This document shows, piece by piece, positions 54,818 to 64,000 of a DNA stretch of 64,000 bases. The stretch is from Tetramitus jugosus (lineage: Eukaryota; Protista; Heterolobosea). The notes below the pieces were generated by a model that saw only the letters and a list, made by a program, of their open reading frames with translations, ran no database searches and had not been told where the DNA came from. The translations under genes and the position numbers were made by a program. Every line of letters starts with the position of its first letter. The first letter of the stretch is position 1. Where the stretch lies: contig OW569385.1 of assembly GCA_937625935.1 (NCBI GenBank), positions 248,001 through 312,000 on the forward strand. The letters run 5' to 3'.

Positions 54818-56761
54818 TCAGGCGGGTTCGATCGCTCTGCCAAGAGACTTGACTACTTTGGCCAGATGATCTGCATCACTGACACTAAAGTTACATCCTG
54901 AGGAAGTGGTCTTGAGTGCATGAATGCATTGATCTGATGTCTCACAGAGCACCAGATCGATCCACTCCAGAACTTCTTGACGCAGAGTTTCGTTGAGGTA
55001 GGACGATCCGAGCTCCAACACATACTTGACAATGGAATTGTAAATGTAGGATGCTGGGTAGTAGTTTTGTATCCAGAGAAGTATCAATGGCAGCATTGAC
55101 TTGTCATCTGATGTCGATATTTGCTGTGTGACTTGGTCATTGAAATTATCTAGCATTGCCCGTATCGCAACAGATAGACATTCACTAATAAAATTGCGTT
55201 CTCCTCTAATGCAACCAAGTATTAGATCAATTGAGTACTGAGTGTCCTTTAAGCTCTCCAGATAGTTGTAGATATAATATTCTCTTTCACTCTCTCGGAA
55301 TGCTATTCTTTTCTCTGCTTTCTCTAAACGTCTCAACACTTGCTGCCGTAGTTGGTCGTCTGATTGTCCAAAGAGACGATTATTCCTAGAGTCCAGGTAC
55401 AATCCCTCAATTGACGTTTCTCCTCGATGTGTCCTATGTTGATGCACGACAAAGGCAAACCAATGATTGCCAGCTCCCAGGCAGAACGCATGATTCATAT
55501 TCGTGCCCTTCTTCGCTTTTTGAAATCGATCGAATATTTTCTGTACACTTACGATTTGAGAGCTCGTTAAGATTGCATTCCGAAGCGAACGGATAGATAA
55601 ATCAGGAATGGATGTAAATCTATGCCGTCCAATGACTGGTATTTGCATGTTCTCCTGGTCTAACACATATTTCATGTATTCTCTCTCAAATAATCCGAGT
55701 TGAATATTCTTGGGACACCATGGATAGTGTTGCTTTGGTTTTGAGAGTGCATAGTTTGTTATCAATTGCTGCATCCGAATAAAGAAGAACCAAAAACTCG
55801 TCCGATTAAACATGTGATCCAAAGGACACATATTCTCATTCCACATGCTCTCGGTATCTGTATGAACACGGGACATAGTATTCGTGGTTGTGATACTGGT
55901 ACTACTAGAAGTCATAGTAGTTGCGTCCTCTGTTTGGTTCATAACTGTCGTAGTCGCTGTTGTCGTGCACGTTGTAATGCTTGTTGTCATTTTAGTTATT
56001 GACGTGGTTTCACTTCCCAGTCTCCCATTTGACCAATAATGATCAAAAGCTCTCAGACCTTGTATTGCATTGAATAGAGCGTGATATCCACAGACAGCAG
56101 ATGTTCTTTGTCGAACAACTTTGATTTGATAGATGTGTGTTGATCCAACAACCACTCCACTAGAATCAACAGAATCAGGTACCACGAGCTCTGATAACAC
56201 TTTTGAGTCATTCACATGATTTTGGTTCAAGTACTTCTCGTGTATGCACTCTTTTAACAGAACCACTCGATTCACATCTCCAATTTTATCATTCTTACCA
56301 TCGACAGATGAATAGTCAAACATTGTTTTTAAATAGTCAGGCTTCGGCGTCAATGGAGAATGATAAACTAACAAGGAAGATTCCATTGCTTGTGGTTCGG
56401 TTTCATCTTTGCCCAATATTTTCACAATATTTTCTTCTTCTGATTGATCTCCATTATGATCATCATCCAATTTCTCGCTCTTGATTGTCAGTTGAGAAAA
56501 AGCAGAAATCGTAGTTTGTGTTTCTGCTTTTTCCCCAGACATCGGAGTATCTATCGCCCCGAAAGAAAAATGGAGTCTGCTTGCTTCACTGGAAGCGAAT
56601 GAATCTACATGTGACACCATATTTAAGAACAGTTGTTGACAAAATGCACTCGTGCTGTGCGATGACTTTTCATTCTCTCCGCGGTGACCTGCACTCTCGG
56701 TGTCCGGCTTCCGAGTGTTATTGCTTTCGGTGTCGGTTGCGAATAGTATTCGGGGATTCAT
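54818..56761 (-). CDS. Uncharacterised protein with papain-fold/Josephin-like peptidase motifs
   Basis: RQRTSAVCGYHALFN, NHWFAFVV and LYLDSRN in Cys-His-Asp order. Start uncertain. Confidence 0.55.
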   Translation of the reverse strand: MNPRILFATDTESNNTRKPDTESAGHRGENEKSSHSTSAFCQQLFLNMVSHVDSFASSEASRLHFSFGAIDTPMSGEKAETQTTISAFSQLTIKSEKLDDDHNGDQSEEENIVKILGKDETEPQAMESSLLVYHSPLTPKPDYLKTMFDYSSVDGKNDKIGDVNRVVLLKECIHEKYLNQNHVNDSKVLSELVVPDSVDSSGVVVGSTHIYQIKVVRQRTSAVCGYHALFNAIQGLRAFDHYWSNGRLGSETTSITKMTTSITTCTTTATTTVMNQTEDATTMTSSSTSITTTNTMSRVHTDTESMWNENMCPLDHMFNRTSFWFFFIRMQQLITNYALSKPKQHYPWCPKNIQLGLFEREYMKYVLDQENMQIPVIGRHRFTSIPDLSIRSLRNAILTSSQIVSVQKIFDRFQKAKKGTNMNHAFCLGAGNHWFAFVVHQHRTHRGETSIEGLYLDSRNNRLFGQSDDQLRQQVLRRLEKAEKRIAFRESEREYYIYNYLESLKDTQYSIDLILGCIRGERNFISECLSVAIRAMLDNFNDQVTQQISTSDDKSMLPLILLWIQNYYPASYIYNSIVKYVLELGSSYLNETLRQEVLEWIDLVLCETSDQCIHALKTTSSGCNFSVSDADHLAKVVKSLGRAIEPA

Positions 56762-57043
56762 ACTTGCTGTGTGTAAACCCAATGTGTCGTCTCTTTGGTC
56801 TACTTCGCTTGGAAATGCTTTTTTCAATTGAATTCACTGTTTTTATCGCGCTCGGAGTTTTGATCTGTGTGAAATGGAAACGGAATTCTGGTGGCTCAAC
56901 AATCTGTTGTTTATTGTATGTTATTGTTGAAGGAAAAGTGCTTGTGTTTTGTCCATGTGGTGACTGAGTGAGGAATAATCAATTGCGACAAGTTCGTTCA
57001 AGACAATGCCCAAGTCTTTATCCCCAAAAATAAAAATAGTCTG

Positions 57044-58033
57044 CTACTTGCACTGTGGGGTGTACAAGCTTTCTGGGAGTTCAGGAATGTAGTACAAGCC
57101 AGGCCCTGGAATACCGTTATCTTTGGCTTTAAATCTCTCATCCGAAGTTGCAAATGGGACAATATTGGGTTTGGTAGTTTGGAAGGAGCTGCGAGGATCA
57201 ATGAAATCTGTAGTGGAAACCTGTCGTTGGCCTGAAAGGGACAGTCTGGGGCTCGTAGATTTGAATGCAGATGAAGGAACATTGTTGGTCTTAAATGAGG
57301 AGATATTGATATCATAAGTGGTGCTAGGTGGTGCATTAGGTTTTGGGTCCTCGAATCGCTTGCTAGTTCCTCCAAAAGGGCTCGTAGAGCGGACATTAGA
57401 AGAACCAAATGATGAATGTGCAGTATAAGGTCCAGGGGTTTCGTTTGGTTTCTCAGCAAATCGCTTCGAGGTAAACTTCATTGAGGTTCCTGATATACCA
57501 GTTCTTCTATCATTAGTTGGCGATGATACATCTATCTGGTATCTGGTTGGAGGAGGAGACGAAGAAGTGACCTTGTCAGGAAATCGCTTGGTAGTAGATC
57601 TGAAAGCAGAGCTAGGTGAACTTGGAGCCTTGAATGAGCTTGAATTTGGGCTGTACACTGTGCTCGGAGGAGATTCTGACTTTGGATATGTGAACCTGGG
57701 GGATGTGGATGCAAAACTAGGAGATCTTGTTTGCCATGAACGCTTCGGAGTCACGTTAGTCATCTTTGACAAATCCAATTGAGCTGGTCTTCTATCTACA
57801 GTGTTAGGAGTCTTCTTGGGAGAAGGTGAGTTGCGAGCCGGCTTTGACTTTGAAGGAGCAGGTGTAATACTGCCTCTAGATGGAGGCATTTCTTTGCTCT
57901 TACTGTGCATTGGAGGTAAGTTTGTTTCTTCCGATAGGGTTTCTTCAGAACCAAAACTCAAATTCGCTCCTTCGCTATGACTGTGGACAACACTTTCGAA
58001 ACTCATGTCTGACAAATGCATCTCCGTACTCAT
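57044..58033 (-). CDS. SHIPPO/STPG (PGP-x-Y) repeat axonemal protein (ODF3-like)
   Basis: Repeats of F.S...RF followed by PPxxxY, TPGPY or PGPGLY. Confidence 0.65.
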   Translation of the reverse strand: MSTEMHLSDMSFESVVHSHSEGANLSFGSEETLSEETNLPPMHSKSKEMPPSRGSITPAPSKSKPARNSPSPKKTPNTVDRRPAQLDLSKMTNVTPKRSWQTRSPSFASTSPRFTYPKSESPPSTVYSPNSSSFKAPSSPSSAFRSTTKRFPDKVTSSSPPPTRYQIDVSSPTNDRRTGISGTSMKFTSKRFAEKPNETPGPYTAHSSFGSSNVRSTSPFGGTSKRFEDPKPNAPPSTTYDINISSFKTNNVPSSAFKSTSPRLSLSGQRQVSTTDFIDPRSSFQTTKPNIVPFATSDERFKAKDNGIPGPGLYYIPELPESLYTPQCK

Positions 58034-58382
58034 GTTAATTCACAACTAGCTATGTTACAAGTAAATTACAGCTCTATTAATCTGTTAGTTTGTTTGTTTG
58101 CTTGATTGCTTTCCTAAACCAGGGTTTCTAGGTCTCTCTCCACTCTCTAAACCCAAAGCGAGCAATCACAACACTTCAACGCTTTACAACACCGAACGTT
58201 CAAACAGCAATAAAATAATCCGACAAACTACGACTGGCAGAATTCGTGTCACGCCCAAACACACTTATGGAAGTTGATGTTTCCTGATTGGAGCTCTCCA
58301 AAAGAAGCACCATACTCTCAGCAACAATAAACCAACAAGAACTTTCCCATAAAAAAATTACTTTTCACTGCATGTCATTTAT

Positions 58383-59045
58383 TCAAAATTCATCAGGTTC
58401 TCCATAAAAGAACGATCCGAATGCACCTCGCTTCTTCTTTGGCTTTGGTGGCGCATGAACAATCATAACATTTCCCGCTTGTGGTGATGGCATTGTACTG
58501 GTCATGGTGGTCGTGTAGGCCATTGCTGGCATCGTTGGTGGTGGTTGGTAAGCAGATGGTGGCATCGTAGGCCTATTCATGTACACGACATGAGTCACTT
58601 GTGGTTGCTGTTGTTGTAGAGGTGCTTGCACATAATATTGTTGTTGTTGTTGTTGTTGCGGAGGTATCATCATTTGCTGTTGCTGTTGTTGTTGTGGATA
58701 ATACATGGGTTGTTGATACTGTGGATAAGGTGGAAATTGCTGTTGTTGTTGTTGGGGATAGAAGTATGGAGGTGGTTGATGATTTACATTGGCTTGTGAT
58801 TGTTGTGGTTGATAGGGTTGCTGATTGTTATAGTACACGGGTTGTTGTTGTTGTTGTTGTTGAACTTGAGGATAGATGTATTGTTGTTGCTGTTGTTGTT
58901 GTTGTTGCATAGGTGGAGATGGTTGTGGTTGGGATGTGGTGGTTGTTGTGGTTGTAGTTGTGGAAGAGGACGACGATGATGGAATCTGGACATAGGTACC
59001 ACCTGTGCTTTTGGTTGGTTGCTGACTTGTTGGTTGTTGTCTCAT
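58383..59045 (-). CDS. Gln/Pro/Tyr-rich low-complexity protein
   Basis: ATG at 59045; poly-Q with YPQ/PPY motifs; basic C-terminus KPKKKRGAFGSFF. Confidence 0.6.
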   Translation of the reverse strand: MRQQPTSQQPTKSTGGTYVQIPSSSSSSTTTTTTTTTSQPQPSPPMQQQQQQQQQYIYPQVQQQQQQQPVYYNNQQPYQPQQSQANVNHQPPPYFYPQQQQQQFPPYPQYQQPMYYPQQQQQQQMMIPPQQQQQQQYYVQAPLQQQQPQVTHVVYMNRPTMPPSAYQPPPTMPAMAYTTTMTSTMPSPQAGNVMIVHAPPKPKKKRGAFGSFFYGEPDEF

Positions 59046-59220
59046 ATTGGAGCGCCAGGTGCCTACTTGTGTTCTTTTTTTTGTTTGTTGTGGTTTGTGG
59101 ATGTGGAACAGATGGATTTTCCGAAGGTGGCTTTTAGAAATGACTTGCGACATCCAATACCAAAGTGGAATGTTTGATGCAATATCGGACATTGGCAATG
59201 TTTGTTTATTTTGAAGGAAT

Positions 59221-60674
59221 TTAATCTTTGTCAGTCTCAAACGTGTCTCCCTTGTAATCACCCCGTTCAGTCAAGTCATAAGAGTGACCGACTTGGCAAT
59301 TTGTCAGACTAATCTTTGGTCCAATCGTTGCATTGGCACAGACAATCGAGTTCTTAATCGTACATCCAGCACCAATTGTCACATGATCCATAATCACAGA
59401 TTCAATCAGTTTCACATTCTTACCAATCTTACAATGATTACCCACATTGCAACGCTTCAGTGTTGTCTGTTGGTCCTTCTCGTACTCTACACCTACACCA
59501 ACTGCACAATCGCTTCCGACAATAACGTGACTCTCCTTCTTGAGATGATCGGTTTGAATTTTGAATGGCGGTACTTCACCCTCTGCCACACTCCTGTTCA
59601 CTTCCAAATAAGACACCAAGGATTGACATCGCTTCACAAATATTCCTGGTGTCACATTCTTGGCTTGAGCAGGCGAAGAAGGTACAATATATGCAAAACA
59701 GGGGATCAAATCATTAGGATTGTATGATGAATGACTCATTTCGTATGCTGGCTTCTGTGCGCTCTCAATCTGAGATTGTGGAATTCCTGCAATGATATTC
59801 TCAGAATCTCTCTTCTTATTCATTCGCTGACTCATCACCAAATAAGGCACCAATTGGTGCTTGAGAGAAGAAATGGTTTCCTTTGCAACAAGCACATCAA
59901 CAACCCACTTGGAAAAGATATATAGATGACCATCTTGCAAATTCTGACTGAACGTAACATTAGGGAATCGATGTAAAAATGATTGACTCAACTCAACGTC
60001 ATCAGTCAAGTAATGACTGCTTGGAAAGTATGCAATTCGGTGCGGTTCTTTGATCGAATTCAAATTCGAAGCATCATAGTTTGAAACACCAATATATTCA
60101 ACAAGTGCCATCGGATCAGCGGTATTCACTGGTGCTTGTTTCAATAGCATTGTGACTGCTGGACTGTGTTGTCTGTGAATATTAACAAGCTTTAAAATAG
60201 GGACATCTGTAATCAAATCCACACTCATGACAAGAAAATCGCTCTGCAACAGAAAAAATGAAGAATTGTCAGTTATATTACTCTCTCAATCAATCATATG
60301 ATTGACGATACAATTGAATTCTGTCACTTCTGTGGTTGTTGTTGATGACAATGATAAATGCTTACCTGAATGTGATCACGTATCGAACGAAGAGCATCAG
60401 CAGAATCGGTACCATCATTCACAACTTCAATCTGTATCTTGATGCCTGGGTGTTGTTGATGATACACTTCATTCAAGTAGTTGGAAACGGATGGAGCAAC
60501 TTTTTTGTTCAAAACAACAATTACTTGCTTAAAACCAGATGTTTCCAAATATCGCAACGAATAGTAAATCAATGGTCGATTGGCAACTGGCAAAAGAGCT
60601 TTTGGGTAGTCATCTGTGAGAGGATATAGTCTTTCACCTTCACCACCAGCTAATAATACTGCTTGTAGTTCCAT
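59221..60674 (-). CDS. EIF2B3: Translation initiation factor eIF2B gamma subunit; 2 exons
   Basis: QAVLLAGG.G.RLYPL...PKALLPVANRPLI. Intron 60365-60244 joins IQ to SDFLVMS. Also L.DGHLYIF..WV and a C-terminal left-handed beta-helix. Confidence 0.88.
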
Positions 60675-61250
60675 GTTGTTGATTTTGTTGATGGTGATTG
60701 TGTTGATTGTTGAATGGAGATTTGTGAAAAAGCTTTTTCGTCGTGGAAATGGAGATTGATGCTCTTGTGTTTTCCTGTGCGTGCTGGAGATGCCATTTTT
60801 TCTCTGCGCGCCTTCATTTACAAGATTGATCGCTGCTGTTTTCGAGTGAAGCAGCGGGTTGACTTTTATTTCGCGCTCTTTTTTTCACTGGCCCGTCGAA
60901 TTTTGCTCGTTCTGTAGTTTCTCTCCATTCTCTCATTTCGTTTCCCTGCAGCAAAAACGGATCACTGTTGTTTGTCCATCAACCTACAACACACATTGCC
61001 TCCATCGTTCACAAGTGGCACACACACACTACACAAAGGTTCAATCTTCCCTTGTTCACTCCCGAAACATATCCATCCACCCACACAAGCGATTGCTTCA
61101 CAATCAGTCTCTCCCAACAATCCTATCGATTATTTTGACTGAGAGAAAAACGGTCAAAAAAAACCAAAACACCACCAAAGAAGAGCACGTTCATCAAAAA
61201 GATCATCAAAGCTCTCGCGCATACGACGCACAAACTGACAAAAAACAACA

Positions 61251-62238
61251 ATGCCCATGCAGCCATCCCAAAAAACATCAAACGATGACTCATTGAGACA
61301 AACCATTTCATCTGACCAAGAGGAAGAAACCTATCCATTCGAAGAAGAAGAAGACGAAGAAGACGTTTCATGGATCTCTTGGTTCTGTAGCTTAAAAGGA
61401 AACGAATTTTTTTGTGAAGTAGATGAAGACTATATTCAAGATGAGTTCAATCTGTGTGGATTGTCAAGCATGGTTCCATTTTATGAATATGCTCTTGATA
61501 TGATATTGGATTTGGAGTCTCCAATGGGTATGTCTTTTTTGTGTGTGTGTGCGTGTGTGTGTGAATAACAATGTCACATGTGAAATGTTGTTTTTTGAAT
61601 TTTGACGAAGTCAGAGAAATATTGACCATTATTTCTTTTTTGCCTTTGTAGATGAAGACATGACTGAAGAACAACAACAAATGGTGGAATCGGCTGCTGA
61701 TACACTGTACGGATTGATTCACTCTCGATTTATTTTAACAAACAGAGGACTCATGCTAATGGAATCCAAATTCAATTTGGTTCACTTTGGACGGTGTCCA
61801 AGAGTGTTGTGTCAGGGTCAAGCAGTGTTGCCTGTTGGTCAATCAGATATCCCTCGAGAAGGATCAGTCAAAGTATATTGTCCGAAATGCAATGATATAT
61901 ATTATCCACGATCCAGTAGACACAGAGGCATTGACGGTGCCTATTGGGGCACCACTTTCCCACATTTGTTCTTGATTACATATCCTGAGTTCAGGCCTTC
62001 TTCGCAGAGAGTTCAACAAATTTATGTTCCAAGAGTGTACGGTTTCAAAGTACACGGGTTGAGCCGTGGTGTCCATGGTGCTGCTTCGGGATCAACACAA
62101 GCAATAACTAATACTGCCCATAACGCTGCTACTACAAACACTAATAATGATAACAAGAATAATAATTCAAGTCACCCCTTAAACAACGAAAAGAAGAGAG
62201 AGGAAGATGCACAGATTATGCAGAGCGATATCCTCTAA
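61251..62238 (+). CDS. CSNK2B: Casein kinase II regulatory (beta) subunit; 2 exons
   Basis: SWISWFC...[20 protein letters not shown], intron 61528-61651, [17 protein letters not shown]...CPKC zinc ribbon, [11 protein letters not shown]. Confidence 0.96.
61540..61563 (+). repeat. (TG)n microsatellite in the CK2beta intron
   Basis: tgtgtgtgtgtgcgtgtgtgtgtg. Confidence 0.8.
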
Positions 62239-62340
62239 GTCAACAAATTTTGTACAATCAAATAATTCATTGGTTTAATAATGTATCCTGTGAGATTGCC
62301 ATTATTTTTATGATTTGTTTTTGAGATGATTGTAGGAATG

Positions 62341-64000
62341 TTATGAAGTACTCCGCCATGAAGGTTGAATGCGATGTTGCACGCGCCGTATATCAAAGTT
62401 GAACTGCTTTGTTGCGTTGTCTGGACCTTCTTTCTTCAGTTCCTTGACTCTGTTTTGTTGGGAAGTTGTGGGCTGCAAAACTCGCGAAAAATCTCGTTCT
62501 GCTTCCACCCGAACCTGATTTGACATTCTCCTGATTCTCTCCTCTCGCTCCATTTGTGCTTGAAACTTCCTATTTCGAAGAAAGTTCATTCGCTGCATGT
62601 ATTCCTCTTCTCTCTGTCTCAGTCTTTCGATTTCACCAGGTGAGGCTGGCCTCTGTTGCTTATTTTCCATTTCCTGTATCATTTGTTCTCTTTCAAGTCT
62701 ATGCTTCTCCTCTCTTTGGTTCCTTAATTCTTCTAACACAATTCGAGCTTCCTCTCTTCGCTTTCTGACTTCATTCTCCTTCCTCCGTTGTTCCTCTTCT
62801 CTCTTAGCCTTTTCTTCCTCTTCCAACTCAAGAACCTGTTGTTCTTTTGTTTCTTTCCAGGCTTCTAGCTTTCTCTTTGTGGCTTCTCGTTGTTTCCTTT
62901 CCATTATTTGTTTCTTCTCCTCGTACTCTTGAAGTTTCCTAATCTTCTCTTCCTCTGATACTTCGAAGGATTCAATCTTTTGTTTCTCTCTTGTTTCTCT
63001 CCATTTCTTGATTGCTTCTCTCTTTCGTTCCTGCAATAGAAGTAACTTTTCGTAGAATTCTTCATGCTCTTGCACCGTGACATAGTCTTTGTCTGGTATC
63101 TGTTGAGATGCTAGAGTAAATAATTGTTCCTTGTTTCCTCTCACTTTGGCTCGTATCCGAAGGAATTGAGCGTGATCCCTCTCATCCCATCCTCCATTCA
63201 TACCTCCACTCTCAACCAGAAATGTTTCAAAGTCATTCACTTGACTCGGAACAGATTCTTCTTTTAATTTCTTCCTGTTCATTACGTCAATCTTATGCAT
63301 CTGATACGGGTTATCTAATATTGATTTAGGTTCTTCCTTGTTCTGTTCTTGTTCCCACGCTTTCATCTTTTCTTCGAATTGAACCAAGTCTCTGCCTAAC
63401 AGCTTCTCTTCTACATTTAAAAGTTCATACTTTTCCTTTTCTTCCTGCTTGAATTGCATGATATTCGAGTCTATTTTCTCCATTAACACCCGTACTGTAC
63501 TCAACAGTTTATCAAATCTTCTTTGATTCACTTCCAGGTGCTCTGGTTTATTCGACATAGAACTGGTCAGTTGTTTTCTTGTCTCGGCTTCTGATATACT
63601 TTCCATCAACCTTTTCATTTCTAACTTCAGATCCTCCAAACACTGTTTGATTCGTTGTTCTGTTGAATTGATTATCATTAAAATTACATGGTCCATGATT
63701 CACTCGCACAACAGATACATACTCTCTTTTGTTTCGGTCAATTTCACTATCTGATCGCTCTTACGACAATCCGTGATATCATTCCTCAGCTCTATCATTC
63801 GTGGATGATTCAATAACGTATCGATATCTCTTTGGAATAGCACAGCTCTAACAATACAACAGTGTCATTTAAATGAACACACCACATGTGAACACGGGAG
63901 ATTCCTTACTTGTTTTTCAGCCCAGAATGAGTTTCCTTCCATTTTAGTATCTCAGTTTTCTGAGTTTGTTTCCGAATAGCTACTTGCTCTGCTGTTTCGA
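62341..64000 (-). CDS. CCDC112: CCDC112-like coiled-coil (centriolar satellite/cilia) protein, 5'-truncated by the window edge
   Basis: GG.NGGWDERDH..FL motif, long coiled coil, R..QPT, terminal HR..PSWR. Intron 63722-63660, with further exon(s) upstream. Confidence 0.65.

Noticed and set aside
54820-54840. GGGTTCGATC, resembling a tRNA T-arm/B box
   Set aside because: No cloverleaf, and it lies inside the 3' end of a CDS.

Overview
This is very gene-dense, AT-rich eukaryotic nuclear DNA, not prokaryotic. It has about 34 protein genes, short GT-AG introns (55-124 bp, mostly GTATGT/GTAAG donors), spacers as short as 30-60 bp, and poly-N/Q/S tracts. The gene content (dynein-2 WDR60, SHIPPO-repeat, CCDC112, DRP5-type dynamin) points to a free-living flagellated protist; a heterolobosean-like amoeboflagellate is my inference. 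Most genes are housekeeping: NOL6, BUB3, TTC7, NAA20, ATG14/UVRAG-like, CysRS, frataxin, calmodulin, RPLP1, FANCD2-like, CCDC47, GUF1, TLK, eIF2Bgamma and CK2beta. Four things stand out. (1) At 17165-18190 a secreted multi-core precursor has nine Pro/Arg/Trp-rich peptides, each ending in aromatic/Leu-Ser-Asp, then an acidic spacer and a Gly/Asn/Trp beta-strand domain ending in Phe; this is a candidate undescribed antimicrobial or RiPP-like peptide system. (2) At 6.0-11.1 kb there is an accessory block: an F-box/22-aa LRR gene, a solitary 5S rRNA gene missed by the ORF track, a stand-alone GIY-YIG endonuclease and a T4 Rnl1-type RNA ligase. (3) A Tousled-like kinase carries an extra Myb/SANT domain. 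(4) An uncharacterised Josephin/papain-like Cys-His-Asp protein is present. All calls come from motif recognition by eye; no searches were run.
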